In this document: piece after piece, positions 9,270-17,894 of the stretch | How positions within the stretch are numbered: the first letter of the stretch is position 1 | How the letters are laid out: each line of letters opens with the position of its first letter | Source: Thermoanaerobaculia bacterium | GTDB lineage: Bacteria; Acidobacteriota; Thermoanaerobaculia; UBA5066 | Length of the DNA: 64,000 nucleotides | Reading direction: 5' to 3' | NCBI GenBank assembly: GCA_963809425.1 | Contig: CAWEJK010000009.1 | Span: forward strand, 150,526-214,525 | The notes under the pieces: generated by a model | Database searches by the model: none | Seen by the model: only the letters and a program-made list of their open reading frames with translations | Told to the model about the DNA's origin: nothing | Position numbers and translations under genes: made by a program

Positions 9270-10508
9270 TCAGCGCGCCTTCGCGGCCGCCTTGCCGGGC
9301 TTGGGCGGGGTGGGAGCGGACGCGGGCTTCGCCTGAGCCTTCAAGGCCGCGCGTTTCTGCTTCCAATCCTCCCACACGACGACGAGCGGAGCCGCGATGA
9401 AGATCGAGGAGTACGTCCCGACGATGATGCCGACGATCATCACGAAGGCGAATCCGCGCAGGACTTCGCCTCCGAGGAAGAACAGGACGACGACCACCAC
9501 GAAGGTGAGCACCGAGGTCAGGACCGTCCGCGAGAGCGTCTGGTTGATCGAGGTGTTGACGAGCTCGGGCAGCGGGGTGCGCTTGGACTTCTCGCGGTTC
9601 TCGCGGATCCGGTCGAAGACGACGACCGTGTCGTTCACGGAATAGCCCACGAGCGTGAGGAACGCGGCCACGACCGTGAGCGAGATCTCGAGGTTCAGGA
9701 TCGAGCAGAGGCCGAGCGTCGTCCACGTGTCGTGAATGAGCGCGACGACGGCGGCCGTTCCGAACGACGCCGAGCGGAAGCGGAACGCGATGTAAAGGAG
9801 CATCGCGGCCCACGAGAAGAGGATCGCCCACATGCCCTTTTCGCGGAGGTCCTTTCCGACCTGCGGGCCGACGTTCTCGGCCGAAAGCAGCGTGAACGGG
9901 CCGGCGACGGTCTTCGCTTTGAGCCACTCGGCGGTCGCGGGTGAGATGCCCGCGGTCTTCGCGGCGTCGTCGAGCGAGTGGAACAGCCCCTGCTCCGACC
10001 GCGCCGCGATGAGCGCCTGGACCTCGCGCCCGTACTCGACCTTGGGGTCGGCGTTCGGCCGCGTCGCGAGCTTCTCGGGGTCGTCGGCGATCAGCTTCGC
10101 GAGAAGCGTGTCCGCGCCGTTCAGGTTCAGGTCGAACGCGGTGGCGTTCGCGCCCTCGGGGAAAAGCGACTTCGTGAGCGCCGCCGTCACTTCCTTCGAG
10201 AGGTCGCGGCCTTCCTTCTTTTCGAGCGGGACGCGCAGGAGAACCTGGTTCTTCTCGGGCTTGTCGAAGCGCTGGACCGAGACGACGTTCACGTTCGCGG
10301 CTTCGACGATCTTGCGGACCTGGTCCTCGTCGGGAGTCTTCGAGAACCCGTAGACGATCTGGGCGCCGCCCGTGAAGTCGATGCCGAGCTTCGGGCCGCC
10401 CTTGGCGATCAGCGAGATCGTGCCGATGACGATCGAAAGGATCGACAGCGAAATCGCGATCCACTTGATCTTGAGAAAATCGATGTTCGTCTTGTGAAAG
10501 AGGCGCAC
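9270..10508 (-). CDS. secF: Protein translocase subunit SecF with an enlarged periplasmic domain
   Basis: Motifs LGIDFTGG, VGPQVGKDL, GYSVNDTVVVFDRIRE and GTYSSIFIA. Confidence 0.95.
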   Translation of the reverse strand: MRLFHKTNIDFLKIKWIAISLSILSIVIGTISLIAKGGPKLGIDFTGGAQIVYGFSKTPDEDQVRKIVEAANVNVVSVQRFDKPEKNQVLLRVPLEKKEGRDLSKEVTAALTKSLFPEGANATAFDLNLNGADTLLAKLIADDPEKLATRPNADPKVEYGREVQALIAARSEQGLFHSLDDAAKTAGISPATAEWLKAKTVAGPFTLLSAENVGPQVGKDLREKGMWAILFSWAAMLLYIAFRFRSASFGTAAVVALIHDTWTTLGLCSILNLEISLTVVAAFLTLVGYSVNDTVVVFDRIRENREKSKRTPLPELVNTSINQTLSRTVLTSVLTFVVVVVLFFLGGEVLRGFAFVMIVGIIVGTYSSIFIAAPLVVVWEDWKQKRAALKAQAKPASAPTPPKPGKAAAKAR

Positions 10509-10527
10509 GTTGGCTCCGCTCTTTGGC

Positions 10528-12159
10528 TCAGATGGAAAGGGTCTCGACGCGCTCCTTCGGACCGTAGATCAGGTCGAAGAGCAGGTGCGACACGAAGACC
10601 GCGGTGAAGACCGAGGCCAGGAGGCCGATGACGAGAGTGACGGCGAAGCCCTTGACGGGCCCGGTGCCGAACTGGAAGAGGAAGAGGGCGGCCATGATCG
10701 TCGTCACGTGCGTGTCGACGATCGTGCCCCACGCGCGCTTGAAGCCGAGGTCGATGGCGGACTTCGGCGCCTTGCCGTTGTCCATCTCCTCGCGGATGCG
10801 CTCGAAGATGAGGACGTTCGAATCGACGGCCATGCCGATCGTCAGGATGAAGCCCGCGATGCCGGGCAGCGTGAGCGTCGCGTTGATGTAGGCCATCGCG
10901 CCGAGCAGGATGAGAGCGTTCAGGACGAGCGCCACGACCGCGTTCACGCCCGAGAGCCGGTAGTAAAAGACGACCGCGATGAAGACACAGATCATCCCGA
11001 CGATCGAGGCGAGGACGCCTTTCTTGATGGAGTCGAGGCCGAGCGACGGCCCGACGGTGCGTTCCTCGAGAATGATCATCTCGGCCGGAAGCGCGCCCGA
11101 ACGGAGGACGAGCGAGAGGGCGTCCGCCTTCTCCGCGGTGAAGTTCCCCTCGATGATGCCGCTCTCCTTGATCTGGCTGTTGATGTTCGGCGCGGACTGG
11201 ACGCGTTTGTCGAGCACGATCGCGAGGCGCTTGTTGATGTTCTCACCGGTCACCTTCGCGAACTTCGTCGCACCGGTGGCGTTCAGGAAGAACATGACGG
11301 CGGGCTGGTTGAACTTGTCGCGGTCGACCCGGGCGTTCTTCATGTCGCGGCCCGTGACGGCGGCGGCGCGCTTGAGCACGTACCAGACCGGCGTGCGCGT
11401 GCGGGCGTCGGAGTCCTCGTTGAAGCCCTCGACGATCTCGAGGTCCTCGGGGACGGTCCCGCCGTAGGCGGCTCGCGCGCCGTCCATCGTCGGATAGGGT
11501 CCCCCGCGGTCGTCCACGAGCTTCAGCTCGAGGAGGCCCGTCGTCCCGATGATCTCCTTGACGCGGCTCGGATCGTCCACGCCGGGAATCTCGACGACGA
11601 TGCGGTCGGTGCCCTGCCTCTGGATGACGGGCTCGGCGACGCCGAGGGCGTCGACGCGATTGCGGATCGTCTCGACGGCCTGGCGCGTCGCCTGGTCCTC
11701 GATCGTGATCCGCTCGGCGTCCTTGAAGGAGATTTTCCATTCGCGCCCGCGCTGGTCGATGGCCCAGGCGTTCGGCGGAAGAACCGCCGTGACGAGGTCC
11801 TTGAGCTTCGCGGCGTCCGTCTTCTCGTCGATCCGGAGCGTGAAGCCCGTGCCGTCCGCGGGGCCGGCGGGCATCACGGACACGCCGCGCTTGCCTCCTT
11901 CGTCCTTGAGCCGTTCGAGCGTGTCCTGGGCCTCGACGCGCAGGGCGTCGGCCGTCTTGACCTGCATGACGAGATGGATGCCGCCGCGGAGGTCCAGCCC
12001 CAGCTTGATGCCGTTCCGGAGGACGTCCGAGATCGCCGGGTTGGGCGGGGCCGTCGGCAACTTCTTCAGCGCCTCGTGGCCGCGCCACCAGTACGCACCG
12101 ACCGAACCGAGAAGGACGGCCAACGTCACGCCGACGCGCCATCCGGTGGGCTTGTTCAC
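10528..12159 (-). CDS. secD: Protein translocase subunit SecD
   Basis: Motifs LGLDLRGG, RNRVDALGVAEP, LRSGALPA, VGPSLG and GMAVDSNVLIFERIREE. Confidence 0.96.
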   Translation of the reverse strand: MNKPTGWRVGVTLAVLLGSVGAYWWRGHEALKKLPTAPPNPAISDVLRNGIKLGLDLRGGIHLVMQVKTADALRVEAQDTLERLKDEGGKRGVSVMPAGPADGTGFTLRIDEKTDAAKLKDLVTAVLPPNAWAIDQRGREWKISFKDAERITIEDQATRQAVETIRNRVDALGVAEPVIQRQGTDRIVVEIPGVDDPSRVKEIIGTTGLLELKLVDDRGGPYPTMDGARAAYGGTVPEDLEIVEGFNEDSDARTRTPVWYVLKRAAAVTGRDMKNARVDRDKFNQPAVMFFLNATGATKFAKVTGENINKRLAIVLDKRVQSAPNINSQIKESGIIEGNFTAEKADALSLVLRSGALPAEMIILEERTVGPSLGLDSIKKGVLASIVGMICVFIAVVFYYRLSGVNAVVALVLNALILLGAMAYINATLTLPGIAGFILTIGMAVDSNVLIFERIREEMDNGKAPKSAIDLGFKRAWGTIVDTHVTTIMAALFLFQFGTGPVKGFAVTLVIGLLASVFTAVFVSHLLFDLIYGPKERVETLSI

Positions 12160-12273
12160 GAACGCAACCTCCGGACGCGGGCCCGTCCGGAAGGCGGCAG
12201 GGAGCCACCCGTTCGTCAGGGAGACCGCGGGATGTGCCCGGGCAGCTCCCGGGCGAACCGGCGGAGTCTAGCA
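12158..12273 (-). promoter_or_regulatory. secD leader: extended -10 element plus structured 5' UTR covering the RBS and start codon
   Basis: TGcTAGACT at 12273-12265; three complementary stems between 12158 and 12216 include GGAG of the RBS and part of the GTG start. Confidence 0.5.
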
Positions 12274-12287
12274 GAACCCCGGCCCCC

Positions 12288-15197
12288 TCAGGGCCCGGCA
12301 AACACGGGAGGGGCCGACCGCGAGGAGTAGGGGGCCAGCGAGACGCGGGTCAGCTTCTGCACGACGTCGGGGGGGAGCGCCGCCAGAAGCCGCTCGTGCC
12401 GCCAGGCGTGACACGACACGACGAGCACCGGGCGCTCGCCGAGGACGTCCGTGGCGAGGAAGCGCATCACGGCCAGGAAGCGCTCGTCGTCCGCGCCGAC
12501 GAGCGGGTCGTCGAGGAGAAGCGGCACGCCCGCCACCCCCGTGCCGAGGTACCGCAGGGCCGCGAGGCGCGCCGTCAGGTGCAGCTGCTCGCGCGCGCCG
12601 GTCGAAAGGCCCGACCGGATCTCGCCCTTCGTCGCGATGCGTCCCCCGCGCATGAGCGCCGAGAGGGAAAGATCGTCGCCGAACTCGAGAGACTCATAAG
12701 GTGTCTGCCAGGTCGCAAGAATCTCCTTCGAGGCCGCCTGAAGGCCGCGGCGGAAGTCGCCGTACACGGAAGAGGCCGCGGACGCCAGCGTGGTGCGGGC
12801 GAGGTCGAGCGCATCCCGAAACAGGATCGCGCGGGCCTGCGATGTCTCGGCGGCCGCGAGGTCCTCCTCGACGGCGCAGGCCATCTCACCCCCCTCGCGC
12901 GCGGCGTCCGCGAGCTCGCGCTCGGCGGCGACGCGCGCGTTCTCGGCGGCCGTCATGGCCGCGCGCGCGACGTCGGCCGCCCGGCGCGCCGCTTCGGGGG
13001 TTTCGGGAAGCGCGAGCGCCTGCGGATCGACTCCGAGGAGCGACGCGCGCCGCGCGCTTTCGTCGTCGAGGCTGGTCAGCCGCGACGCGAGGTCCGCCTC
13101 TTCTCCCTCGTCCCCGCCCTCGCGCCGCGCCGGAAGCTCGTGGTCGAGCAGCCTTCGGAAGCGCGTGGCCTTGCGCCGGCCGACCTCCACGGCAAGCAGC
13201 GCCTCGGCCAGCGGGAGAGAGCCGGGAACGCCGAGCCGGCCGAGCGCATCCCGCATCCTCTCCTCTATTTCGCGGAGCTCCCTTTCCTCGCGGGACAGGC
13301 GCTCCGCCTCGCGGGAGAGGACCTCCTCGCGCATGCGGGCGTCCTGCCGGACCCGCGCGAGGTCCCCCAGGAATGCCAGCGCCTGCTCGGCCTCCGCGGG
13401 AGCCGGAAGGCCTTCGGGCAGCGCGAGCATCGCCCGGTGCGGCCGAAGCGTTTCGTCGAGCGACCGCAGGCGTTCCTTCGCATCGTCGCGGCGCGCCGTC
13501 AGGGCGACGACGAGGCGCCGGGGCTCCTCGGCGCCCCGCGCGCGCCGGTGGGCCTTGAGCATCGACGACGCGTCGCGATAACCCGCCCCTCGCGCGAGCC
13601 GGTCGAGCCGGGCACGCAGATCCGAGAGCCGTTTGCGCAGCTCCACGGCCTTGCGCCGGCTGACCGCTTCGTCTTCCCGCGCGCGCGCCTCGTCTCCAAG
13701 CCGGTAGCGTGCCGCGCGCGCCCACGCGATGCCTCCGAAGAGACCGAGAGACAGGGCGAAGACGGCCAGCGAAGCCGTCATGTAGATCGGCGCGCCCGCC
13801 GGGCGGAAGGCCAGCCAGCCGACGAACGGGACGAAAACGGCCGCGGCGCCGGCGAAAGCGCGGGCGAGCCTCACCCGCTGCCTGCGCTCTCCGACGGCGA
13901 TGGCGGCCGTCGCTCCCGCGTCCGCCACGCGCCGGTCCAGCTTGACGCCCTCGAGCTCGAGCGCCGCGCGTGTCTCCTCGGCGCCCGCGAGAAAGCTCCG
14001 ATCCTCGGGCGCGAGAGCCTCGAGTCGCACGAAGTCCTCGGCGAGACCGTCCCTCCGGAGGGCGTTCCATCGTTCCTCGAGGAGGCGCTCGACCTCGGCG
14101 AGATCCCGCGCCGTCGAGAGCTCGGCCCGGAGCGTCTCCTCCAGGCCCTCGCGTTCGGCCTCCCCGAGCCGGACCGCGGGCCCGAAGCGACGCGCGCTCT
14201 CCTCGACCTCTCGCGCCGCGATCCGCGCGCTTTCGGCCGCCGCGGCCCGCGCCGTGTCGAGTGCCTGCGGCCTGTTCCCGCGCTCCTCGCGGAGACGGTC
14301 CACGGCGGCGAGCGCCGCGTCCGAGAAGAGCTCGGCTTCCGGGGCGAGCTCCCGGGCCTCGTCCTCGGCCGCGCGCCGCTTCCGGAGCGCGGAACCCAGC
14401 GCCTCCAGCCGCTGCGCGAGCGCCCACCGGTGCGCGAGGACCTCGGCGAGGGCGGCGATCTCGGCGGCGCGCTGCGCCTCGTCGCGCGCCTTCACGCATC
14501 CCGAGAGGCGCGCCGAAGCCTGCGCGGCGGCGGCGCGCCGCGCCGCGAGTTCCGCCCGCCGCCGCCTCAGCGCCTCGGCGCGCTTGCCGAGTCTCGCAAT
14601 CTCCGTGTCCACGGAGATCTTGGAGCCCGAGGCGGGTTCCGGCATCTCGGCCCGTACCGCGTCGAGGCTCTTCAGCGCGCGCACGACGGACGCCTCGCCT
14701 CCCCCGGAGTCCGCGATGCGCGCAAGCTCGACGGTGAGACCCGCGTCGAGCGAATCGCGGTCGAGGACGTTCTGCGAGACGTAGGCCGTCGCGCGGAAGA
14801 GCGTTTCCGTGAGGCCCCCCGTCACGGTTTCGCCGAACGCGTCGCGTCCTCCCGCGCGCAGGAACTCCTGCGTGCAGTCGAGGCCGCGATCCCGGTCCAC
14901 GACGCGGACGGTTCCCGCCTCGAGATCGCGGTCCACGGACCACCGGGTCTGGCCCACCGTGACGTCGAGGCCCACGCGCAGAGGCGCGCCGCTCCGCGGC
15001 CTCCGCACTTCCCGCACGCGCCCCGCCAGGCCGCGCGTCGTCGGGAGCCCGTAGAGCGCGGCGACGATGGCCTCGCAGAGCGTCGTCTTGCCCGTCTCGT
15101 TCGGATCGACCGCGAGGAGGACACGTCCCTCCGGCCAGGCGAGATCGAAATCGCGCAGGGCGCCGAATCCGTCGATGCGGATGCGCTCGATCTTCAT
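12288..15197 (-). CDS. SMC/Rad50-like ATPase (YhaN/SbcC-like) with a central two-helix hydrophobic segment
   Basis: Starts MKIERIRIDGFGAL at 15197; Walker A-like DPNETGKTT, Q-loop YVSQ, long coiled coil, signature LSTGAREQ, Walker B LLLDDP and H-loop SCH. Confidence 0.85.
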   Translation of the reverse strand: MKIERIRIDGFGALRDFDLAWPEGRVLLAVDPNETGKTTLCEAIVAALYGLPTTRGLAGRVREVRRPRSGAPLRVGLDVTVGQTRWSVDRDLEAGTVRVVDRDRGLDCTQEFLRAGGRDAFGETVTGGLTETLFRATAYVSQNVLDRDSLDAGLTVELARIADSGGGEASVVRALKSLDAVRAEMPEPASGSKISVDTEIARLGKRAEALRRRRAELAARRAAAAQASARLSGCVKARDEAQRAAEIAALAEVLAHRWALAQRLEALGSALRKRRAAEDEARELAPEAELFSDAALAAVDRLREERGNRPQALDTARAAAAESARIAAREVEESARRFGPAVRLGEAEREGLEETLRAELSTARDLAEVERLLEERWNALRRDGLAEDFVRLEALAPEDRSFLAGAEETRAALELEGVKLDRRVADAGATAAIAVGERRQRVRLARAFAGAAAVFVPFVGWLAFRPAGAPIYMTASLAVFALSLGLFGGIAWARAARYRLGDEARAREDEAVSRRKAVELRKRLSDLRARLDRLARGAGYRDASSMLKAHRRARGAEEPRRLVVALTARRDDAKERLRSLDETLRPHRAMLALPEGLPAPAEAEQALAFLGDLARVRQDARMREEVLSREAERLSREERELREIEERMRDALGRLGVPGSLPLAEALLAVEVGRRKATRFRRLLDHELPARREGGDEGEEADLASRLTSLDDESARRASLLGVDPQALALPETPEAARRAADVARAAMTAAENARVAAERELADAAREGGEMACAVEEDLAAAETSQARAILFRDALDLARTTLASAASSVYGDFRRGLQAASKEILATWQTPYESLEFGDDLSLSALMRGGRIATKGEIRSGLSTGAREQLHLTARLAALRYLGTGVAGVPLLLDDPLVGADDERFLAVMRFLATDVLGERPVLVVSCHAWRHERLLAALPPDVVQKLTRVSLAPYSSRSAPPVFAGP

Positions 15198-16405
15198 CGG
15201 TCCTCGGCTTCCGGCGGCCGGATCGGCCTCCCGAGGAGCGCGTCGCGCCCGAGACGGAGCGCGAGATCGGCGACGCGGCGCTGCGCGTCGTCGGCCGCCG
15301 CCGCGCGCCAGGCGAGGAGGTCGGACGCGAAGCGGCCCTCCGCAGAGCGCGGTCCGGGTTCGGGCGCGGGCGGCTCTGTCTGATCGCGCACCGTGAGATG
15401 CTTCGCGCGCGTCGCGAGCGGCCTCAGGATGTCGGCCGGCCGCGCACCGAAGGCCTGCATCCCGGTCAGAGTCACGCGCACGAGGTCCGGCGCCTCGACT
15501 CCGGCGTCGCGCAGCGCGGCCTCGACCTTCTCGGCGAGCGGGCCCGCTTCGAGATCGCTCACGTCCACGGACAGGTCCCTGATGACGCGCGCGTCGGCCG
15601 GAATTTTGTCGACGACGATCGGCGACCCGTCGACGGGCAGCGTCACCCGGAGAAAGAACCTCGGACCCGCCTCGTCGAGGCCGCGGCCCGTGGGGCACCC
15701 CGCATAAGCCCCGCGCGGGCGGCCCTCGTCGTCGGCCACGACGTAAACGTGATGGTGGTGCCCGAGTGCCGCCCAGGAGAAGCCGGCGTCGGTGAGCTCG
15801 TTCTCGGAGAACGGCGCGGTGCGCTTCGTGCCCCTCGGGGAGTCCGCCCCCGCGTACGACTCGAGGGAGCCATGCAGGAGGAGGAGCGCGTGCGGTGTCG
15901 GCGGACGAGGCGGCGGGGGCGCGAGCGGGCGTTCGACGACGGCGGCGGAGGACAGGAACGCGCGTCCGACCACGGTGACGTCTTCGCGCCCCGGGAACGG
16001 GACGGCCGCCCACTCCGGGCCGCGAAATACGACGACGTTCCCGGGCCAGGGCCGCATCCCGAGCGCGGACAGCAGCGCCGGGTCGTAGTAGCCGCCGGGC
16101 CCCGCGAAGTCGTGGTTCCCGGGCGCCACGAAAACGGGCCGCGGCGCGAATGAAGCGAAGGCTTCGAGGAGGCGATGGATCGTCGCGGGCGGAACGTTCT
16201 CGGCGTCCCACAGATCCCCGGGGACGAGGAGCGCTTCGGCGCCGCACGACGCCGCGGCCGACACCGCGCGCTCCGCGGCGGCGTCCACTTCGTCGCGGCG
16301 CGCCGCGCGCGTCTCGGGCGTGAAATTCAGCCCGCCGCCGGTCAGGGCGGAGCCCAGATGCCAGTCCGAGGACTGCAGGAACGTCAGGGGGCGCCCGGAG
16401 GTCAC
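15194..16405 (-). CDS. Mre11/SbcD-like metallophosphoesterase nuclease (YhaO-like)
   Basis: Motifs SDWHLG, PGDLWD, PGNHD, LHGS and ALGHHH; ATGA overlap with the ATPase gene. Confidence 0.88.
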   Translation of the reverse strand: MTSGRPLTFLQSSDWHLGSALTGGGLNFTPETRAARRDEVDAAAERAVSAAASCGAEALLVPGDLWDAENVPPATIHRLLEAFASFAPRPVFVAPGNHDFAGPGGYYDPALLSALGMRPWPGNVVVFRGPEWAAVPFPGREDVTVVGRAFLSSAAVVERPLAPPPPRPPTPHALLLLHGSLESYAGADSPRGTKRTAPFSENELTDAGFSWAALGHHHHVYVVADDEGRPRGAYAGCPTGRGLDEAGPRFFLRVTLPVDGSPIVVDKIPADARVIRDLSVDVSDLEAGPLAEKVEAALRDAGVEAPDLVRVTLTGMQAFGARPADILRPLATRAKHLTVRDQTEPPAPEPGPRSAEGRFASDLLAWRAAAADDAQRRVADLALRLGRDALLGRPIRPPEAEDR

Positions 16406-16419
16406 TCCCTAGTTTCGCA

Positions 16420-16746
16420 TTACGTGGCCGATTCCTTCGAGTCGGCCTCGCCGGTCGTCCCGGCGATCGCGCTGCGGTTCACCTTGATCTTGACCGTGTC
16501 GGCGATCTTGAGCCAGACGATCTGGTCCTCGACCTGCGCGATCGTTCCGTGAATGCCGCCCGACGTGACGACCCGGTCGCCCTTCTTCAGGGCGGCGAGG
16601 AGCTGCTTCTGCTTCTTCTGCTGCTTGCGCATGGGAGCGAGAAGCACGAAGTAGAAGATCACGAACATGAGGATGTAGGGGACCATCTGCACGAGCGGCG
16701 AGCTCGCGGCCGAGGGCGCCGCCTGCAAGAGGTGGAACGGGTTCAT
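16420..16746 (-). CDS. yajC: Preprotein translocase subunit YajC
   Basis: IFYFVLLAPMRKQQK...LKKGDRVVTSGGIHG. Start ATG 16746 overlaps the tgt stop. Confidence 0.95.
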   Translation of the reverse strand: MNPFHLLQAAPSAASSPLVQMVPYILMFVIFYFVLLAPMRKQQKKQKQLLAALKKGDRVVTSGGIHGTIAQVEDQIVWLKIADTVKIKVNRSAIAGTTGEADSKESAT

Positions 16747-17888
16747 GGAACGTCCTTTCCGACGGAACGCGACCACTTCGGGAGCGTTTCCGCCGCCCAA
16801 TTCGCGTACCGTTTCGCGTCGAGAGCCTCACGGATTCCCCGCATCAAGTCAAGGATCGCGGTCAGGTTGTGGACGGTCATGAGCGTCGCGGCGGTCGGCT
16901 CGCCCGCGACGTGGAGATGTCGCAGGTACGCCCGCGAGTGCCGCCGGCACGTGGGGCACCGGCAGTCCGGATCGGGCGGCGCGTCGTCCTCGCGATAGCG
17001 GGCGTGCTTGATCGCGATCGTGCCGAAGGACGTGTAGAGAAGGCCGTGGCGGGCCGCGCGCGTCGGAAGCACGCAATCGAACATGTCGAAGCCCTGCGCG
17101 ACCGCGTGCAGGAGGTCGTCCGGGCGGCCGACGCCCATGAGATACCGCGGCCTCCCTTCGGGAAGGAGCGGCCCCGTGTGCGCGACCATCGCGCGCATCT
17201 CCTCTTTCGGCTCGCCGACCGAGAGGCCCCCGCAGGCGATTCCGTCGAACGGCAATGCCGCGATCGCCGCCGCGCTCCGTTCCCTGAGGCGCGGAAACAT
17301 GCCGCCCTGCACGATGCCGAAGAGCGCGCCGCGATCTCCCCCGAGCGCGTCGCGGCGGTCGGCGGCCCGCCGCGCCCAGCGATGCGTGAGCTCCATCGAC
17401 GCGAGCGCCGCGCCTTCCGTCGCCGGATACGGCGTGCACTCGTCGAGGGCCATCGCGACGTCGACTCCGAAGTCGTCGAGCTGGAGGTCCACGGCGCGCT
17501 CGGGGCTCAGGGCGTGCGCCGAGCCATCCACGTGGCTCCGGAAGAGCACGCCCTCCTCGGAGAGCGTCCGGCTTCCGGCGAGGGACATGACCTGATAGCC
17601 GCCGGAGTCGGTCAGGATCGGCCGGTCCCACCCGACGAAGCGATGCAACCCGCCGAGGCGCCGGACGACGTCGCCGCCGGGGCGGAGCATGAGATGGTAG
17701 GTATTCGCGAGCACGATTTCGGCGCCCGCAGCCTCGACGTCGCTCCACCGCGCGGCCTTCACGGTTCCCGCCGTGCCGACCGGCATGAACGCGGGTGTCT
17801 CGACGAGCCCGTGGTCGAGCGTCAGCCGTCCGCGCCGCGGGCCCCGCGCGCCGCCGCCGGAGGAGGAAAGGACCTCGAAGCGCAGCAT
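16743..17888 (-). CDS. tgt: tRNA-guanine(34) transglycosylase
   Basis: Motifs TPAFMPVGT, NTYHL, TDSGGYQ, GIVQGG, YLMGVG, FDCVLPTR and the Zn-binding CRCPTC. Confidence 0.97.
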   Translation of the reverse strand: MLRFEVLSSSGGGARGPRRGRLTLDHGLVETPAFMPVGTAGTVKAARWSDVEAAGAEIVLANTYHLMLRPGGDVVRRLGGLHRFVGWDRPILTDSGGYQVMSLAGSRTLSEEGVLFRSHVDGSAHALSPERAVDLQLDDFGVDVAMALDECTPYPATEGAALASMELTHRWARRAADRRDALGGDRGALFGIVQGGMFPRLRERSAAAIAALPFDGIACGGLSVGEPKEEMRAMVAHTGPLLPEGRPRYLMGVGRPDDLLHAVAQGFDMFDCVLPTRAARHGLLYTSFGTIAIKHARYREDDAPPDPDCRCPTCRRHSRAYLRHLHVAGEPTAATLMTVHNLTAILDLMRGIREALDAKRYANWAAETLPKWSRSVGKDVP

Positions 17889-17894
17889 TCCCGT

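Noticed and set aside
12234-15383. Very long alternative-frame and antisense ORFs (e.g. 1049 aa here; also 16869-19235, 33165-35609, 53901-56072)
   Set aside because: They are Arg/Gly/Ala-rich shadow ORFs overlapping well-supported genes, as expected from stop-codon scarcity at high GC.
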